64,000 nucleotides of DNA from an uncultured Gemmatimonadaceae bacterium. Its GTDB lineage: Bacteria > Gemmatimonadota > Gemmatimonadetes > Gemmatimonadales > Gemmatimonadaceae. Location: positions 1,600,001 to 1,664,000 of the forward strand of contig CAVXGK010000001.1 of assembly GCA_963761305.1 (NCBI GenBank). Reading direction: 5' to 3'. A model generated the notes under the pieces. That model was not told the DNA's origin. It ran no database searches and saw only the letters and a list, made by a program, of their open reading frames with translations. Of this stretch, positions 36,813 through 47,123 are shown in pieces (positions within the stretch are counted from its first letter, which is position 1; the number at the start of each line of letters is the position of its first letter). Made by a program: the position numbers and the translations under genes.

Positions 36813-39800
36813 TTACCGATGCCCGTCACCGTTCCTGAACGGTACCGGCGGCGCGAACAGTATCACTTCCTCCGGCCGTTCCTCGGAACCCGCTTCGACG
36901 ATCACCGTCGTCCGTACGCGTCCGTTCCAGGCGCGCATGAGGACGTTTTCGAGCTCGGCTTCGTGACACTTGAAGTGACGCGGACCGTCTTCGGTCTCGA
37001 GCACGAAGCCTTCGAAGTCACCGAAGCGATCGTACACGATCCCGTCGACCTTTCCGGTGAAGCGCAGGCGCACTTCATGGCCGTGCGACGTCGGTTTGGT
37101 GCCCGGGTGCGTTTCCGGACGCACACCACTGCCGTCCGGCGACGGACGAATCCGCGTCGGATCGCCGCCGAGCGCTTTCACGCGATCGCCGATCACGTTG
37201 ACGTATTTCTCGAAGACCGGATACCACCGGTTCTCGTGCGGAATCGTCTGCTCGATGAACTTCAGCACCGAGTACGTCCGCTCTTCCGGCTCGAGGATCG
37301 TCTGCTTGGTGCGCACCGGAATCTGAATCTGGAACGCGCCCAGCGTGTGGCGAGACTCGGGTCGTGAGTTCGGCTTCGTCGGCACCGGCGCGGGACGCGC
37401 GCCCTTCGCACGCGAACCGGCGCGTTGAATCGGCGGCGGCGGCGGCTCGAAGTGCTTCGCCGCGCTCGACGTGATCTGTCGAACCACCACGGTGAACGAC
37501 TGTCCGCGACGTACCGTCGGCGGCAGATCGATCGTGAGCAGTCCGGCGTAACCCGGGCCCGCTCCCGGCGGCACCGGCATCCACGTCGCCCCCTCCGCTC
37601 GGCAGACCAACGTGTGGTCGTCGATTCGGCGCAGCGTCGTCATGCCGTACATCTTCGCGGCGAGATCGAGGATCTCACCCGTGTGCGCGCCCGGCAGATA
37701 GATCGTCGCCTCACCACCGGCGGGCGTATTGCCCCAATCGATCATGATCTCGTCGGGCGTCCAGCCCGGCGGCAGGATCTCGTGGGTCGGTTTGATCTCG
37801 AACGTGTTCGGAATCCGATGCGATGCCGCCGTGCCCGGATTGTCCGACGCCACGATCGACAGATTGCGTTGCGACAGCTTGTCCGACGTCGCCGGCGACG
37901 TGCCGTTGACGATCGGTTCCGGATCGAACGCCAGCTCGACCACCATGCACTGGTGAATGCCGCGCACCAGCTGCTGGATGCTCTGCCTCCCCGACGGGAA
38001 CGGACCGTCCGACGTGACGTTCACCGGGAAGCGGAACTGGTTCGGCTGGTTGATGTCGATCCACACGCCGAAGTACGCGTCACGCTCGTTGCCGCTGGCG
38101 TCGTGCTGAATCGTCTGCACGTTCGCCGGGTCCGTCTGCGTGTCCATGCTCTGCGTGCCGGTGTCGACGCGCGGCGCCGCGAAGAACGGAATCGTCGTCA
38201 CTTCGCCGGCCACCGTGCCGAGCAGCGGAACCTTCGTCGTGCCGTTCACCGCGCTGCGATACGTCGTGCTCGTGTCGTACGTCGTCGACGTCGTCGACGC
38301 GGGGAACGCGCGGAAGAAAGCGCGTACCTGCGTGGCGTCCACCGTCAACGCGCGATAGCGAACCCGCGCCACCGCGAAATTGAACACCGGCGTTCCGTTC
38401 ACCTTCTCCGACAGCTCGAGCTTCGAGGTGTCTTCGTCGGTCGAGATGAGATCGAACGGATGCCCGAACGGCGAGTGCGTGTTGAACGCGCCGATGACGT
38501 TCGTGACGAACGAATTCCCCGCCGTCGCGCCCGTGCCCATCGCGACGCTCGGCAGTCCGGCCAGCGACTGTCCCGGCTGGAGCTGGAAGACGCGAACGTC
38601 CGTGCTCAGCCACGAGATCGGCCCGTCGACCATGAACGGGTTCGGCTGCGTGATCAGATCGATCACGGCCGTGCCCGACGTCGAATGCGTCGTCGCCGTC
38701 AAGCCGACCGGAATGTCTTCGGCCGTGAACCCGTTGGTGTTGGTGAACACCGCCTGATACACGAACGTGAACCGCTGCGGCTGTGCCGGCAGCGACGGCA
38801 GCTCGGCGATCAACCCGCTCGGACGAATCGTGAAGCCTGTCGGCGTCGGCGATTCGGTGAACGTCGGCGCCCACGCTTGGAGCTGCGTCGGCGACGGGTT
38901 CGTCGTCGTGATACCGAGGTCGGCCGGCGTGAAGCCGTCGACGGTCACGTAGAACGCGGCGTCGACCACTGCCGGATTCGAGATCTGGAGCATCGCGTCG
39001 ATCTCGTCTTTGCCGAACGTGCTGCGATCGGTGATGATCGTGACTTCCTTCGTGAAGCGCGCGGTCAGCGCCGCGAGCAACCCTTGGCCGTCGACGACAC
39101 CGAGTCCCGTCGCGCCGTCCCAACCCGGACCGGCCGTATAGCCCGGCGCGCCACCTGTCGCATTACTGGCGTGGTCGGCAATGTCGCGGATCACACCGGT
39201 GTTGTTGAGCGCATACAGCAGTGGGTTCAAGAATCCCACGTTGCGGCCGAGCTTGGCATTGCATAGAGCGACCAGAGCCGCATACAGCGGCGCCGTCGCG
39301 CTCGTTCCGCCAACGCCCGGGAAGCTCGAGCCGTCGACGACCAGGTTGTAGCCGCTCGCCGGGTCCGCGTTGCCCGCGATGTCCGGAATGCCGCGGCCTT
39401 GATGACCGTCGTTCGCCGAGAGCGGAACGCCGGCGCCGATCTGATACGTCGGCAGCGTGAAGAAATCGCTGACGCCGCCGCCGGTGGTGCCGAACGACTG
39501 CGCCCACGTCGTTTCTACGAACGAGGCGCCGGACACGTCGCTGACGCGCGTGCCGCCGCATGCGCTCACGAACGGATCGGACGCCGGATACAACACGTGC
39601 GCGACACCGTCGCCCTGACCACAGTCGGACCCGTTGTCGCCCGACGCCGCGAACACCGTCACGCCGAGCGCCGCCGCGTCCTGGAACGTCTGGTTCACGG
39701 CGTTGATCGCCTGCTGCGTCCACGTGAAGCCGTCGATTCCCTCGAACTCGGGCCAGCCCCAGCTGATCGAGACCACCGAGGGGTTGTTCGTCGCGTCGTG

Positions 39801-40721
39801 CACCGAGCTCGTGATCACGTCCACCCAACCCTGCTCCGTCCACGGCGCGAAGTACACGGCCACACCGGCATTCGCCGCGACTGACGACGCGACGCAGATG
39901 TCCAGCGTGACTTCGCCGTCTTCGTTGACGTCGACGCCCGGACTGTTCGTGACGCCGTCGATGCCAACGACGACCGGTGTCGGCGGAGTCTGCCCGCCGC
40001 CGAGGCCGGTGAAGAACTGATTCAAGTCGCTCTGCGCGAAGCCGCCGCCGAACTCGATCAAGCCGATCGTCTGGCCCGCGGCTCCCGGAGTCAACGGATA
40101 GTCGTACAGCGATGCCACCTGCGGTGGCGTGAGCGTCGTGACGTTGAGCGCCGGTCCGAACTCCGCGGGCGTGGTGGTGCTGCCCACGCGCGCGGATCCC
40201 GGTGCGAACGGCCTCGACGGGCGCGGAGCAACGCGCGTTCCGGCGCGACGCGCCATGCGGCGATTGTCGAGTCCGAAAACGCCTTCGACGACCTGCGAGA
40301 CGTCTTCCGGCATCTTCACTGCACCTTCGCGTCCTCGATACGTCTCGGTCGGCGATTCGTAGCGGCCGAGATCGACGGCGAACGCGTGGTTCATCTGTTC
40401 GACGGTGCCCGAGATTTTCACGGTACGCTTGGACGCACTGGTCTCTTCGACCTCGAGTCCGTTGGCGCGCGCGAACGAAACGACGAGGTCGATGTCGGAT
40501 TTCGATGCGCCGTAGCGTTCGGTGAACTCTTCGCGCGACACGTGACCTGTGGGGGTGTCGGCGTGGTGATGAACCGGCAATGCTGGTGCGTCGGTTCGAC
40601 GACGCACGCGAATGGTGACCGAGAGTTTGGCCGCCGGGTTCTCGGCGGCCACACGGCGCGCACCAGGTGCGGGCCGTCTCTCGCTGCCCTCGATCGGGCG
40701 GACTGCAGTGGGACTCGGCAT
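36813..40721 (-). CDS. S53 (sedolisin/kumamolisin) peptidase with pro-domain and long C-terminal extension
   Basis: Pro-kumamolisin-like N-terminus, DGEVTLD (Glu/Asp), SISWG, ASGDNG (oxyanion Asp), GGTSA (Ser), GWDGATGLG; GGAGG RBS. Confidence 0.92.
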   Translation of the reverse strand: MPSPTAVRPIEGSERRPAPGARRVAAENPAAKLSVTIRVRRRTDAPALPVHHHADTPTGHVSREEFTERYGASKSDIDLVVSFARANGLEVEETSASKRTVKISGTVEQMNHAFAVDLGRYESPTETYRGREGAVKMPEDVSQVVEGVFGLDNRRMARRAGTRVAPRPSRPFAPGSARVGSTTTPAEFGPALNVTTLTPPQVASLYDYPLTPGAAGQTIGLIEFGGGFAQSDLNQFFTGLGGGQTPPTPVVVGIDGVTNSPGVDVNEDGEVTLDICVASSVAANAGVAVYFAPWTEQGWVDVITSSVHDATNNPSVVSISWGWPEFEGIDGFTWTQQAINAVNQTFQDAAALGVTVFAASGDNGSDCGQGDGVAHVLYPASDPFVSACGGTRVSDVSGASFVETTWAQSFGTTGGGVSDFFTLPTYQIGAGVPLSANDGHQGRGIPDIAGNADPASGYNLVVDGSSFPGVGGTSATAPLYAALVALCNAKLGRNVGFLNPLLYALNNTGVIRDIADHASNATGGAPGYTAGPGWDGATGLGVVDGQGLLAALTARFTKEVTIITDRSTFGKDEIDAMLQISNPAVVDAAFYVTVDGFTPADLGITTTNPSPTQLQAWAPTFTESPTPTGFTIRPSGLIAELPSLPAQPQRFTFVYQAVFTNTNGFTAEDIPVGLTATTHSTSGTAVIDLITQPNPFMVDGPISWLSTDVRVFQLQPGQSLAGLPSVAMGTGATAGNSFVTNVIGAFNTHSPFGHPFDLISTDEDTSKLELSEKVNGTPVFNFAVARVRYRALTVDATQVRAFFRAFPASTTSTTYDTSTTYRSAVNGTTKVPLLGTVAGEVTTIPFFAAPRVDTGTQSMDTQTDPANVQTIQHDASGNERDAYFGVWIDINQPNQFRFPVNVTSDGPFPSGRQSIQQLVRGIHQCMVVELAFDPEPIVNGTSPATSDKLSQRNLSIVASDNPGTAASHRIPNTFEIKPTHEILPPGWTPDEIMIDWGNTPAGGEATIYLPGAHTGEILDLAAKMYGMTTLRRIDDHTLVCRAEGATWMPVPPGAGPGYAGLLTIDLPPTVRRGQSFTVVVRQITSSAAKHFEPPPPPIQRAGSRAKGARPAPVPTKPNSRPESRHTLGAFQIQIPVRTKQTILEPEERTYSVLKFIEQTIPHENRWYPVFEKYVNVIGDRVKALGGDPTRIRPSPDGSGVRPETHPGTKPTSHGHEVRLRFTGKVDGIVYDRFGDFEGFVLETEDGPRHFKCHEAELENVLMRAWNGRVRTTVIVEAGSEERPEEVILFAPPVPFRNGDGHR

Positions 40722-41192
40722 GCGACCTCCTCCAACCGGAGAGAGTGGGGAGCTCGTTGCCGCGTCGGTTCTTCGCGACGCGTGACGCTTGGTTTAATTG
40801 TTCGCGAAGTTGCGGCACCCGACCGATGACCGACGTCGGTCATCACGGAAGGCGCACCGGCTCGGCGCGACTACGACGCCCCGCGATTCCGCCGCGCCGC
40901 CAACGTTGGCGGTGGGCACAGCCGTGTTCGTCGGGCGCCGCCGACGGCGAGATGACGTGGGTCCGAGACACCAGTCCGGCGCCTCGGACCCACATCCATC
41001 GACGTCTAACGCCGTCCGTGCGAGGTGGCCGACGTCACTGCGCAGGGCCACCGCGGGACGCCGTCAATATATGCCGCGTCCCGCGCTGGTCAATACGAAA
41101 ATCGTAACGCAATTAAGATTGTCTGATTAGCAAACGTAACAGTTCGCTTCGTGTCCGCGTTTCGCGACAAACTCGAGCACCAATTCACCGCG

Positions 41193-43709
41193 TCACTTCG
41201 CTTTCTTTGTTCTCGGCGGCTGGATCGGTTCGGCACTCTTCGTCTCCAGCCGCCCGTCGCGCGGCGTGCCCAGCGTCACACCGGCGGAGTCATCGGCCGC
41301 CGGATGCTGCAGCGCACGCTCGATGTTCCGCGCCACGTCGTCGAGCCGCGTCGCACGCGCCACGTCGCGCGTCGTCGCCAAGACCGCCGCCGCGCCGCGC
41401 GCGTCGCGGTCGCTCTGCAGCGCTTCCGCGAGCTCGGCGCCGGCGAACACGTACAGCGCCGGCATGCTCACCGACGGCCGGTCCACCCATCGCCCCTCGG
41501 CCACGATCGACCGCGGGCCCACGAACACGTCGTTCCACAGCGTGCGCGTACGTGCGACGTCGAGCCAGCCGTCACCTTCCACGAAGACAGTGTCCCGTGT
41601 CTGCGCGGTTGGTGGCACGAACAACTTCGACGCGAGCCCCTGCGTCAACACGTTGTCGCCCAGCCCCAACGTTCGTGGATAGCCGCCGGCTGAGCGCGCG
41701 AAATAGATGGGACGAGCCGGCCACGAATCCCGGATCATTTGCAGCACGAACGCGTCGGCGCGCATGAGAACGCCGTTCTCGAGATGTCGCGGATCGATCG
41801 TCGCGTGGATCGCGCCGCTGTTGAACACCATCGGACCGGGAAGCTGAATGTATTCCGGATACGAGTCCGCGTCGGCGAACGACATCTTGAGCGGCGGACT
41901 GGTCGGCCTCGGCCACACCTTGTCGCGATAAATCGCCGGCCCGCGCGCGGCGTCGTAGTCGTAGACCGGCCGCCGGATGATCTGCCGCGCGTACCAGTCC
42001 GTGTTGAGCAGCGACGTGTTCGCCACCACGACGTCGCGCCGAATACCCTCCACCTCCTGCGCGTACCACAGCGGAAACGTGTCGTTGTCGCCGACGGTCA
42101 CGAGCACGCCGTACGGCTCCACCGAATTCAGCATGTCCACCGCGACGTTACGAGTGGCGCGATGATGCGAGCGTGGCGCCGCGTTCCAGTTCGTCGCCAG
42201 CGGCACGAGCGCCAGTGCTAACGCCGGCGACGCCGTCAACCAGCCTCGGCGCGTCGGCTCGGACGTGACCGTCTTGCCGTTCTTGCGCTGCTCCGTGCCG
42301 ACCAACGCCGCGAGCGACTCCCATATGTAGGTGAGCCCCAGTCCTGCCCACACGCCCCACGCCGAGAAGCTCCAAATAAAGAAGTAATCGCGGTCGCGCA
42401 CTTCGTGATCTTGCGCGGCAAGCGCGTCCTGCGAGCTGCCGAGCTTGAAGTTCAGGTAGAAGACCAGCAGCAGCGTCATCGTGAACATGAGCGCGCTGAA
42501 GTACCAGAAGCTCGGCCGATCGCGTGACGCGTGCGTGTACGCGCCGACGAGCCCCAGCACCAGGAACGTCGCCGCAAGCAGCGCCTGCGTGAACGGCGAC
42601 ACCATGTCCGGATCGCGCATCCACTGCCACTTGAAGTAGAGCCACCACATGCCGAGCTGCTGGCCGAACCCGGCTTGGCGATCTTCGAGGGCTGGCTTGG
42701 CGTATTGGCGGCGGTTGAAGTTGTAGAGGAACGAGTCGAGCGTCGCCTTCGACAGCGTGCACGACGCCTCGATCTTCGTGCGGCATCCGGTGGGCTCGCC
42801 TTCATTGATCGCCGGGAAGTACGCGGCGCGAATTGGCTGCGTGGCGAACGGACTCAATCCCGCGAGCATCGCCACGCCGCAGGCGAGCGCGAGTCTCGCT
42901 CGCAGCAGGGTGCGCGGGCGAATCGCCAGCACCGCGACGCCCAGCGCCCCGATCGGCAGCATTCCCGCCATGTGATTCGCATAGCCGAGTCCGCAGAGAT
43001 ACGCCGCAAGCACGAGTCGGCGATCGGCGAATGGACCGCCGGGATCGCGCGTCCATCGCACGGCGAGCCACGATACGAGCGCGATGCCGGCGAGCGAGAC
43101 GGTGTAGACCTTCTCGTTCACCACCGACTGGTTCCACACGGTGAACGCGAGGGCGCCAATCACCGCCGCGGCCGTCGCGCCGGCGATTCGCAGCGCGCGC
43201 GACCGAAACCACGCACGCAGCACGTGTTCGGTGACGAGAAACCACCAGCCGGCGGCCGCCGCGCTCGAGATCGCCGCGAGGACGTTGATTCGCGCCGCGA
43301 CCGTCGCGGCAATCGGCAGCACCGAGAACGCTCGGCCGACGATGACGAACAGCGGATTGCCCGGCGGATGCGGCAGTCCGAACGTGTAGGCCGCCGCGAT
43401 GTACTCGCTCGTGTCCCACATCGCGGTCGTCGGCGCGAGCGTGAGCAGGTAGAGCCCGAGCACGCACGCGGCGACGATTCCCGCGGCCAGGTACGGGGGA
43501 CGTTCGTCCTCGGTCTCTGATTCGTCGTCGTCGCGGTCGCTCCAGTGCCAGATGAGGAGCGGCAACAGCGCGCAGTACGCGACGGCGAGCAGCAACGCCG
43601 ACACCGTGATGCCGCCGCGCACGAGATCCACGAATCCCACTGCGAACGCCAGCAACGTCGCCAATAAAAGAGAAATTTTTGTCTCTTTGGCCCATTCGAA
43701 AAAACGCAT
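41193..43709 (-). CDS. DUF2723 (TMEM260-like GT-C) membrane protein
   Basis: TLAPTTAMWDTSEYIAAAYTFGLPHPPGNPLF, NEKVY, EVRDRDYF, GDNDTFPLWYAQEVEGIRRDV. Confidence 0.88.
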   Translation of the reverse strand: MRFFEWAKETKISLLLATLLAFAVGFVDLVRGGITVSALLLAVAYCALLPLLIWHWSDRDDDESETEDERPPYLAAGIVAACVLGLYLLTLAPTTAMWDTSEYIAAAYTFGLPHPPGNPLFVIVGRAFSVLPIAATVAARINVLAAISSAAAAGWWFLVTEHVLRAWFRSRALRIAGATAAAVIGALAFTVWNQSVVNEKVYTVSLAGIALVSWLAVRWTRDPGGPFADRRLVLAAYLCGLGYANHMAGMLPIGALGVAVLAIRPRTLLRARLALACGVAMLAGLSPFATQPIRAAYFPAINEGEPTGCRTKIEASCTLSKATLDSFLYNFNRRQYAKPALEDRQAGFGQQLGMWWLYFKWQWMRDPDMVSPFTQALLAATFLVLGLVGAYTHASRDRPSFWYFSALMFTMTLLLVFYLNFKLGSSQDALAAQDHEVRDRDYFFIWSFSAWGVWAGLGLTYIWESLAALVGTEQRKNGKTVTSEPTRRGWLTASPALALALVPLATNWNAAPRSHHRATRNVAVDMLNSVEPYGVLVTVGDNDTFPLWYAQEVEGIRRDVVVANTSLLNTDWYARQIIRRPVYDYDAARGPAIYRDKVWPRPTSPPLKMSFADADSYPEYIQLPGPMVFNSGAIHATIDPRHLENGVLMRADAFVLQMIRDSWPARPIYFARSAGGYPRTLGLGDNVLTQGLASKLFVPPTAQTRDTVFVEGDGWLDVARTRTLWNDVFVGPRSIVAEGRWVDRPSVSMPALYVFAGAELAEALQSDRDARGAAAVLATTRDVARATRLDDVARNIERALQHPAADDSAGVTLGTPRDGRLETKSAEPIQPPRTKKAK

Positions 43710-43736
43710 CGTCAAACGCTCCAGGATGAAGATCGG

Positions 43737-44981
43737 CTAGCGCGGCTCCGCGACCGCGGACGACGCCGAGACGTCGGGCCGCAAGCCGAGCGCGTAGCGC
43801 GCCCATGCACGCACGCGCGGGCTGGGGTCGAGCTCGGCGGCGTTGCGCGCCGCGGCGACGGAATCCGGGCGGTGCGCCAGCCCGATCACCGCGTACGCCC
43901 GCGACTCCCAGCGCGCGTCGCGCATCAGCGTCGCGAGCGTGTCGCGCGTCGGCGCGAGGTCCACCGCGGTCAACGGCGCCGCGGAGATGGCGCACGCGGC
44001 CGTCGTGGCCAGCGCCCAGCGGCGCGCGAGAGGCCGCACGTCATGCCGCGGGTCGAGGACGGCCGCCAGCCGCGAGCGCAGCGGACCGCGGCCCGACAAC
44101 GCGAGCGCGGTTCCCCTGGTCCAAGCACCGAACGACGACGCGCTGATCAGCAACTCGGCGTAGTCGCTTCGCGCGACGCCTGACGCGAGCACGCGATCGT
44201 CGGCCGCCTGCTCCGCGTCGCGCCGCAACGATCGCGCGATCCACCACGCGCCGGGGTGGAACCAGAACAGCGCGCACGCCACGCGCGACGCGACGCCGAA
44301 ACCCCAGTCTCCGCCGCGCACGTGTGCCAGCTCGTGACGCAGCGCCATCCGGCGCTGGTCGGACGTCCACGCGTCCGCCGCGGCCGGCACGAGGATCACC
44401 GGTAGAAGCACGCCCCATGTCATCGGCACGCCGACCTCGACGCTCCTGAACAATCGCACAGCCCGCCGCACACTGAGTCGAGCGCGAGCGTCGGCGAGAT
44501 CCGCTGCCCACCGCGGGTCGCGCTCGAGCGGCCGCGCGCGGCGCAGGAGTCGACGCGCGCGCCAGGACGCGAGAATCGTCGGTGACATCGCGACGACGAC
44601 ACCGATCGCGTACGCGACGAGCAGCAACTGAATCGAAGTGGCCGCCAACGACCCGCCCCCGCCCCCGCCGGCGTCGTGCGTCGTGGCGCCCGCCACGCGC
44701 ACTCGGCCGAGCGCGATGAGCGGCGCCGCGACGGCCGAGGGAACCGCCCAGCCGGCGAGCCGGATCGGCAACAATCGTCCGACGAACGCGATGAGCAGCA
44801 TCACGACCGCCGCCCGCCACACCAGCACGCGGCCTTCGGCACTCGCGCGCCGAAGCGCGACCGCTCCAACGATCGCGGCGAGGACCGGCCCCGTCGCGAG
44901 CAACGACGCCGTGTACACCGACGCGGCGGCGCGCGCGCTGTCCGCGGCTGATACCGGCAGCTCGGCGAGCGTGGTCAGCAT
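43737..44981 (-). CDS. M56 family (BlaR1-like) metallopeptidase with C-terminal HEAT-like repeat
   Basis: PMTWG...P.ILVP, RHELAH, FWFHPGAW, EQAADD; follows a BlaI gene. Confidence 0.9.
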   Translation of the reverse strand: MLTTLAELPVSAADSARAAASVYTASLLATGPVLAAIVGAVALRRASAEGRVLVWRAAVVMLLIAFVGRLLPIRLAGWAVPSAVAAPLIALGRVRVAGATTHDAGGGGGGSLAATSIQLLLVAYAIGVVVAMSPTILASWRARRLLRRARPLERDPRWAADLADARARLSVRRAVRLFRSVEVGVPMTWGVLLPVILVPAAADAWTSDQRRMALRHELAHVRGGDWGFGVASRVACALFWFHPGAWWIARSLRRDAEQAADDRVLASGVARSDYAELLISASSFGAWTRGTALALSGRGPLRSRLAAVLDPRHDVRPLARRWALATTAACAISAAPLTAVDLAPTRDTLATLMRDARWESRAYAVIGLAHRPDSVAAARNAAELDPSPRVRAWARYALGLRPDVSASSAVAEPR

Positions 44982-44985
44982 TCGC

Positions 44986-45381
44986 TCATTTTCCTTCGGC
45001 GCGCAGCCGTTTGATCACGCCGGCCAGCTCGCTGCGCTCGGCGGTAGAGAGCGGCCGGTCGGCTTCGTCCAGCAGCGCGACGACGGCAGCCGTGCGCGAT
45101 CCGCCGAAAAACGTTCCGATCAAATGCTTGACCGCGCTCTTCTGCGCCACGTTTCGCGGCGTCGTCGGGTAATAGACGTGTCGCGGTCCGTCCTTCTCGT
45201 GGCGCAGATGTCCCTTGTCCTCGAGAATGCGGAGCATCGTGCGCACGGCCGCGGCGACCGGTGGATCGGGAATGCGCGCGTGAATCATCGCCGCCGTCGC
45301 GCCACCGGCGGCGTATACCACGTCCATGATCTGCCGCTCGCGGCGGCTCAGGTTCGTCGAGGGAGAGGAAGCGCGGGCCAT
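44986..45381 (-). CDS. BlaI/MecI/CopY family repressor
   Basis: LSRRERQIMDVVY, VRTMLRILEDKGHL, TFFGGS. Confidence 0.92.
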   Translation of the reverse strand: MARASSPSTNLSRRERQIMDVVYAAGGATAAMIHARIPDPPVAAAVRTMLRILEDKGHLRHEKDGPRHVYYPTTPRNVAQKSAVKHLIGTFFGGSRTAAVVALLDEADRPLSTAERSELAGVIKRLRAEGK

Positions 45382-45389
45382 GGCTAGAT

Positions 45390-45418
45390 AAAATATTGTC
45401 CCATGGAGAGAATATTTT
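45390..45418. promoter_or_regulatory. Putative BlaI operator (inverted repeat)
   Basis: AAAATATT-N13-AATATTTT, AT-rich palindrome immediately upstream of the blaI ATG. Confidence 0.6.
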
Positions 45419-45460
45419 GGCAGGACCCCGTTCTGTCAAGCGCCGCCGCGGTCGCGCGCC

Positions 45461-47017
45461 CTAGCGCGACCCGGCCGGGACGGCTCCCCCCTGGCGCTCC
45501 AGTTCCAGCTCGGTCCGCAGACTCTCCTCGTCCCGGAACAACGTCGCCAGGGCGAGCAACTGGCCGCCGCGGAGGAACCGCACCGAGACGTCGCGCGACG
45601 CCGCGTCGCCCGTCACCTCGACCTTGTCCCACTTTTCGGCGTGGCCGACGTAGTTGATGCTCACGTCGTAGTGCGCGCTCCAGAAGAACGGTACCGCCTC
45701 GAACGCCTCGCGCGCGCCGAGGATGTTTCGCGCCGCCGCTTGGCCCTGCCGCTGCGCGACCACCCAGTGTTCGACGCGAATGCGCTCGCCGGTGTGCTGA
45801 TCGGGCCAGCGCGCGATGTCGCCCGCCGCGTAGACGCCCGGCGCGCTCGTCTGCAGGAATTCGTCGACGACGATCCCACGGTCGATCGTGAGACCGGCGG
45901 CTTCGGCGAGGCCGAGCCGCGGCTTCACGCCGACGCCGAACACGACCAGATCGGCGGCGAGCCGCGTGCCGTCGTCGAGCACGACCGAGTCCTTCTCGAT
46001 CTGTTTGGCCGTGTGTCCGAGATGGAACACGACGCCGTGCTCCTCGTGCAGCGTTTGAATGAATCCGCCGAGGTGATCGCCGAGAACGCGGCCGAGCGGA
46101 ATCTGCTCTGGCGCGACGACGACGACGTTCAGTCCGCGCCCGCGGAGCGATGCGGCGACTTCGAGTCCGATGAAGCTCGACCCGACGACGACCGCGCGCT
46201 TCGCCGTCTTCGTCGCGTCGACGATCGCGCGGCTGTCGTCGAGGGTGCGCAGATAGCGCACGTGCGGCAGGTCGGCGCCCGGCGTGTCGAGTCGAACCGG
46301 TTCGGCGCCGGTCGCCAGCAATAGCGCGTCATATGAGAGCGGCGCTCGCCCGTCGAGCTCCACGCGCTTGTTCTGGACGTCGATGCGCGTCGCGCGCGCT
46401 CGCACCAACTCGATCCCGTGCTCGGCGTAGAAGCCTTGTGGACGAAGCGGGATCCAATCTTCGGGCGCGTTCCCGGCGAGATAGTCCTTTGAGAGATTGG
46501 GGCGATCGTACGGCACGCCGTTGTCGCCGTCGATCGTCGTGATCGTGCCGTCGAAGCCGCAGCGGCGAAGCATCTCCGCCGCCGCGCTGCCCGCGGCGCC
46601 CGAGCCGACAATGACGACGCTTTTCACGGAGGGATCGCGCGTGAATGATGCCGACCCCGACGGAGCGAGCGGATCGCGCTCGATCTTGCCCGTGACGACG
46701 ATCGATTTTCCGCGACGTTCCGTCGTCCAGCGCGCGACCGGCGACAAGGCGGGCGCGTGGAGCGCTTCGCCCGTGCGGAGGTTGAAACACGCGTGGTGCC
46801 ACGGACAGCGCACCGTGTCGCCGTCGAAGAGTCCTTCGGCGAGCGGCCCGCCGTAGTGCGTGCACGTCGCTCCAATCGCGCAGTAGTCGCCGCCGAGGCG
46901 CACGAGCAACACGGGCTCGCCGTTCGCATGACCGAGCACGGCGCCGCCGGGCTCGACACTCGCCGCGTCGATTCCTTCTGTCAGATCGGGACCAGTGAGC
47001 TCGTTCGATCCGCCCAT
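45461..47017 (-). CDS. Rieske ferredoxin - FAD reductase fusion (AIF3-like)
   Basis: CTHYGGPL...CPWHH Rieske; VVIVGSGAAG, PYDRPNLSK, GSSFIGLE, AGDIA, PFFWS. Confidence 0.92.
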   Translation of the reverse strand: MGGSNELTGPDLTEGIDAASVEPGGAVLGHANGEPVLLVRLGGDYCAIGATCTHYGGPLAEGLFDGDTVRCPWHHACFNLRTGEALHAPALSPVARWTTERRGKSIVVTGKIERDPLAPSGSASFTRDPSVKSVVIVGSGAAGSAAAEMLRRCGFDGTITTIDGDNGVPYDRPNLSKDYLAGNAPEDWIPLRPQGFYAEHGIELVRARATRIDVQNKRVELDGRAPLSYDALLLATGAEPVRLDTPGADLPHVRYLRTLDDSRAIVDATKTAKRAVVVGSSFIGLEVAASLRGRGLNVVVVAPEQIPLGRVLGDHLGGFIQTLHEEHGVVFHLGHTAKQIEKDSVVLDDGTRLAADLVVFGVGVKPRLGLAEAAGLTIDRGIVVDEFLQTSAPGVYAAGDIARWPDQHTGERIRVEHWVVAQRQGQAAARNILGAREAFEAVPFFWSAHYDVSINYVGHAEKWDKVEVTGDAASRDVSVRFLRGGQLLALATLFRDEESLRTELELERQGGAVPAGSR

Positions 47018-47123
47018 TTCCACCCCTCCCCAAATGGAGTACGTGCTGCAGACCAGTACATTCCGGAGTCACGGCGTTCCTTCTCTCGTTCCGACACCCT
47101 CTCAACGCAAAGCGACCATTCTC

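Noticed and set aside
36316..36966. 216-aa plus-strand ORF and other ORFs in the lhr/S53 gap
   Set aside because: Atypical composition, overlap with the S53 3' end, no RBS or motif; best explained by the degenerate repeat.
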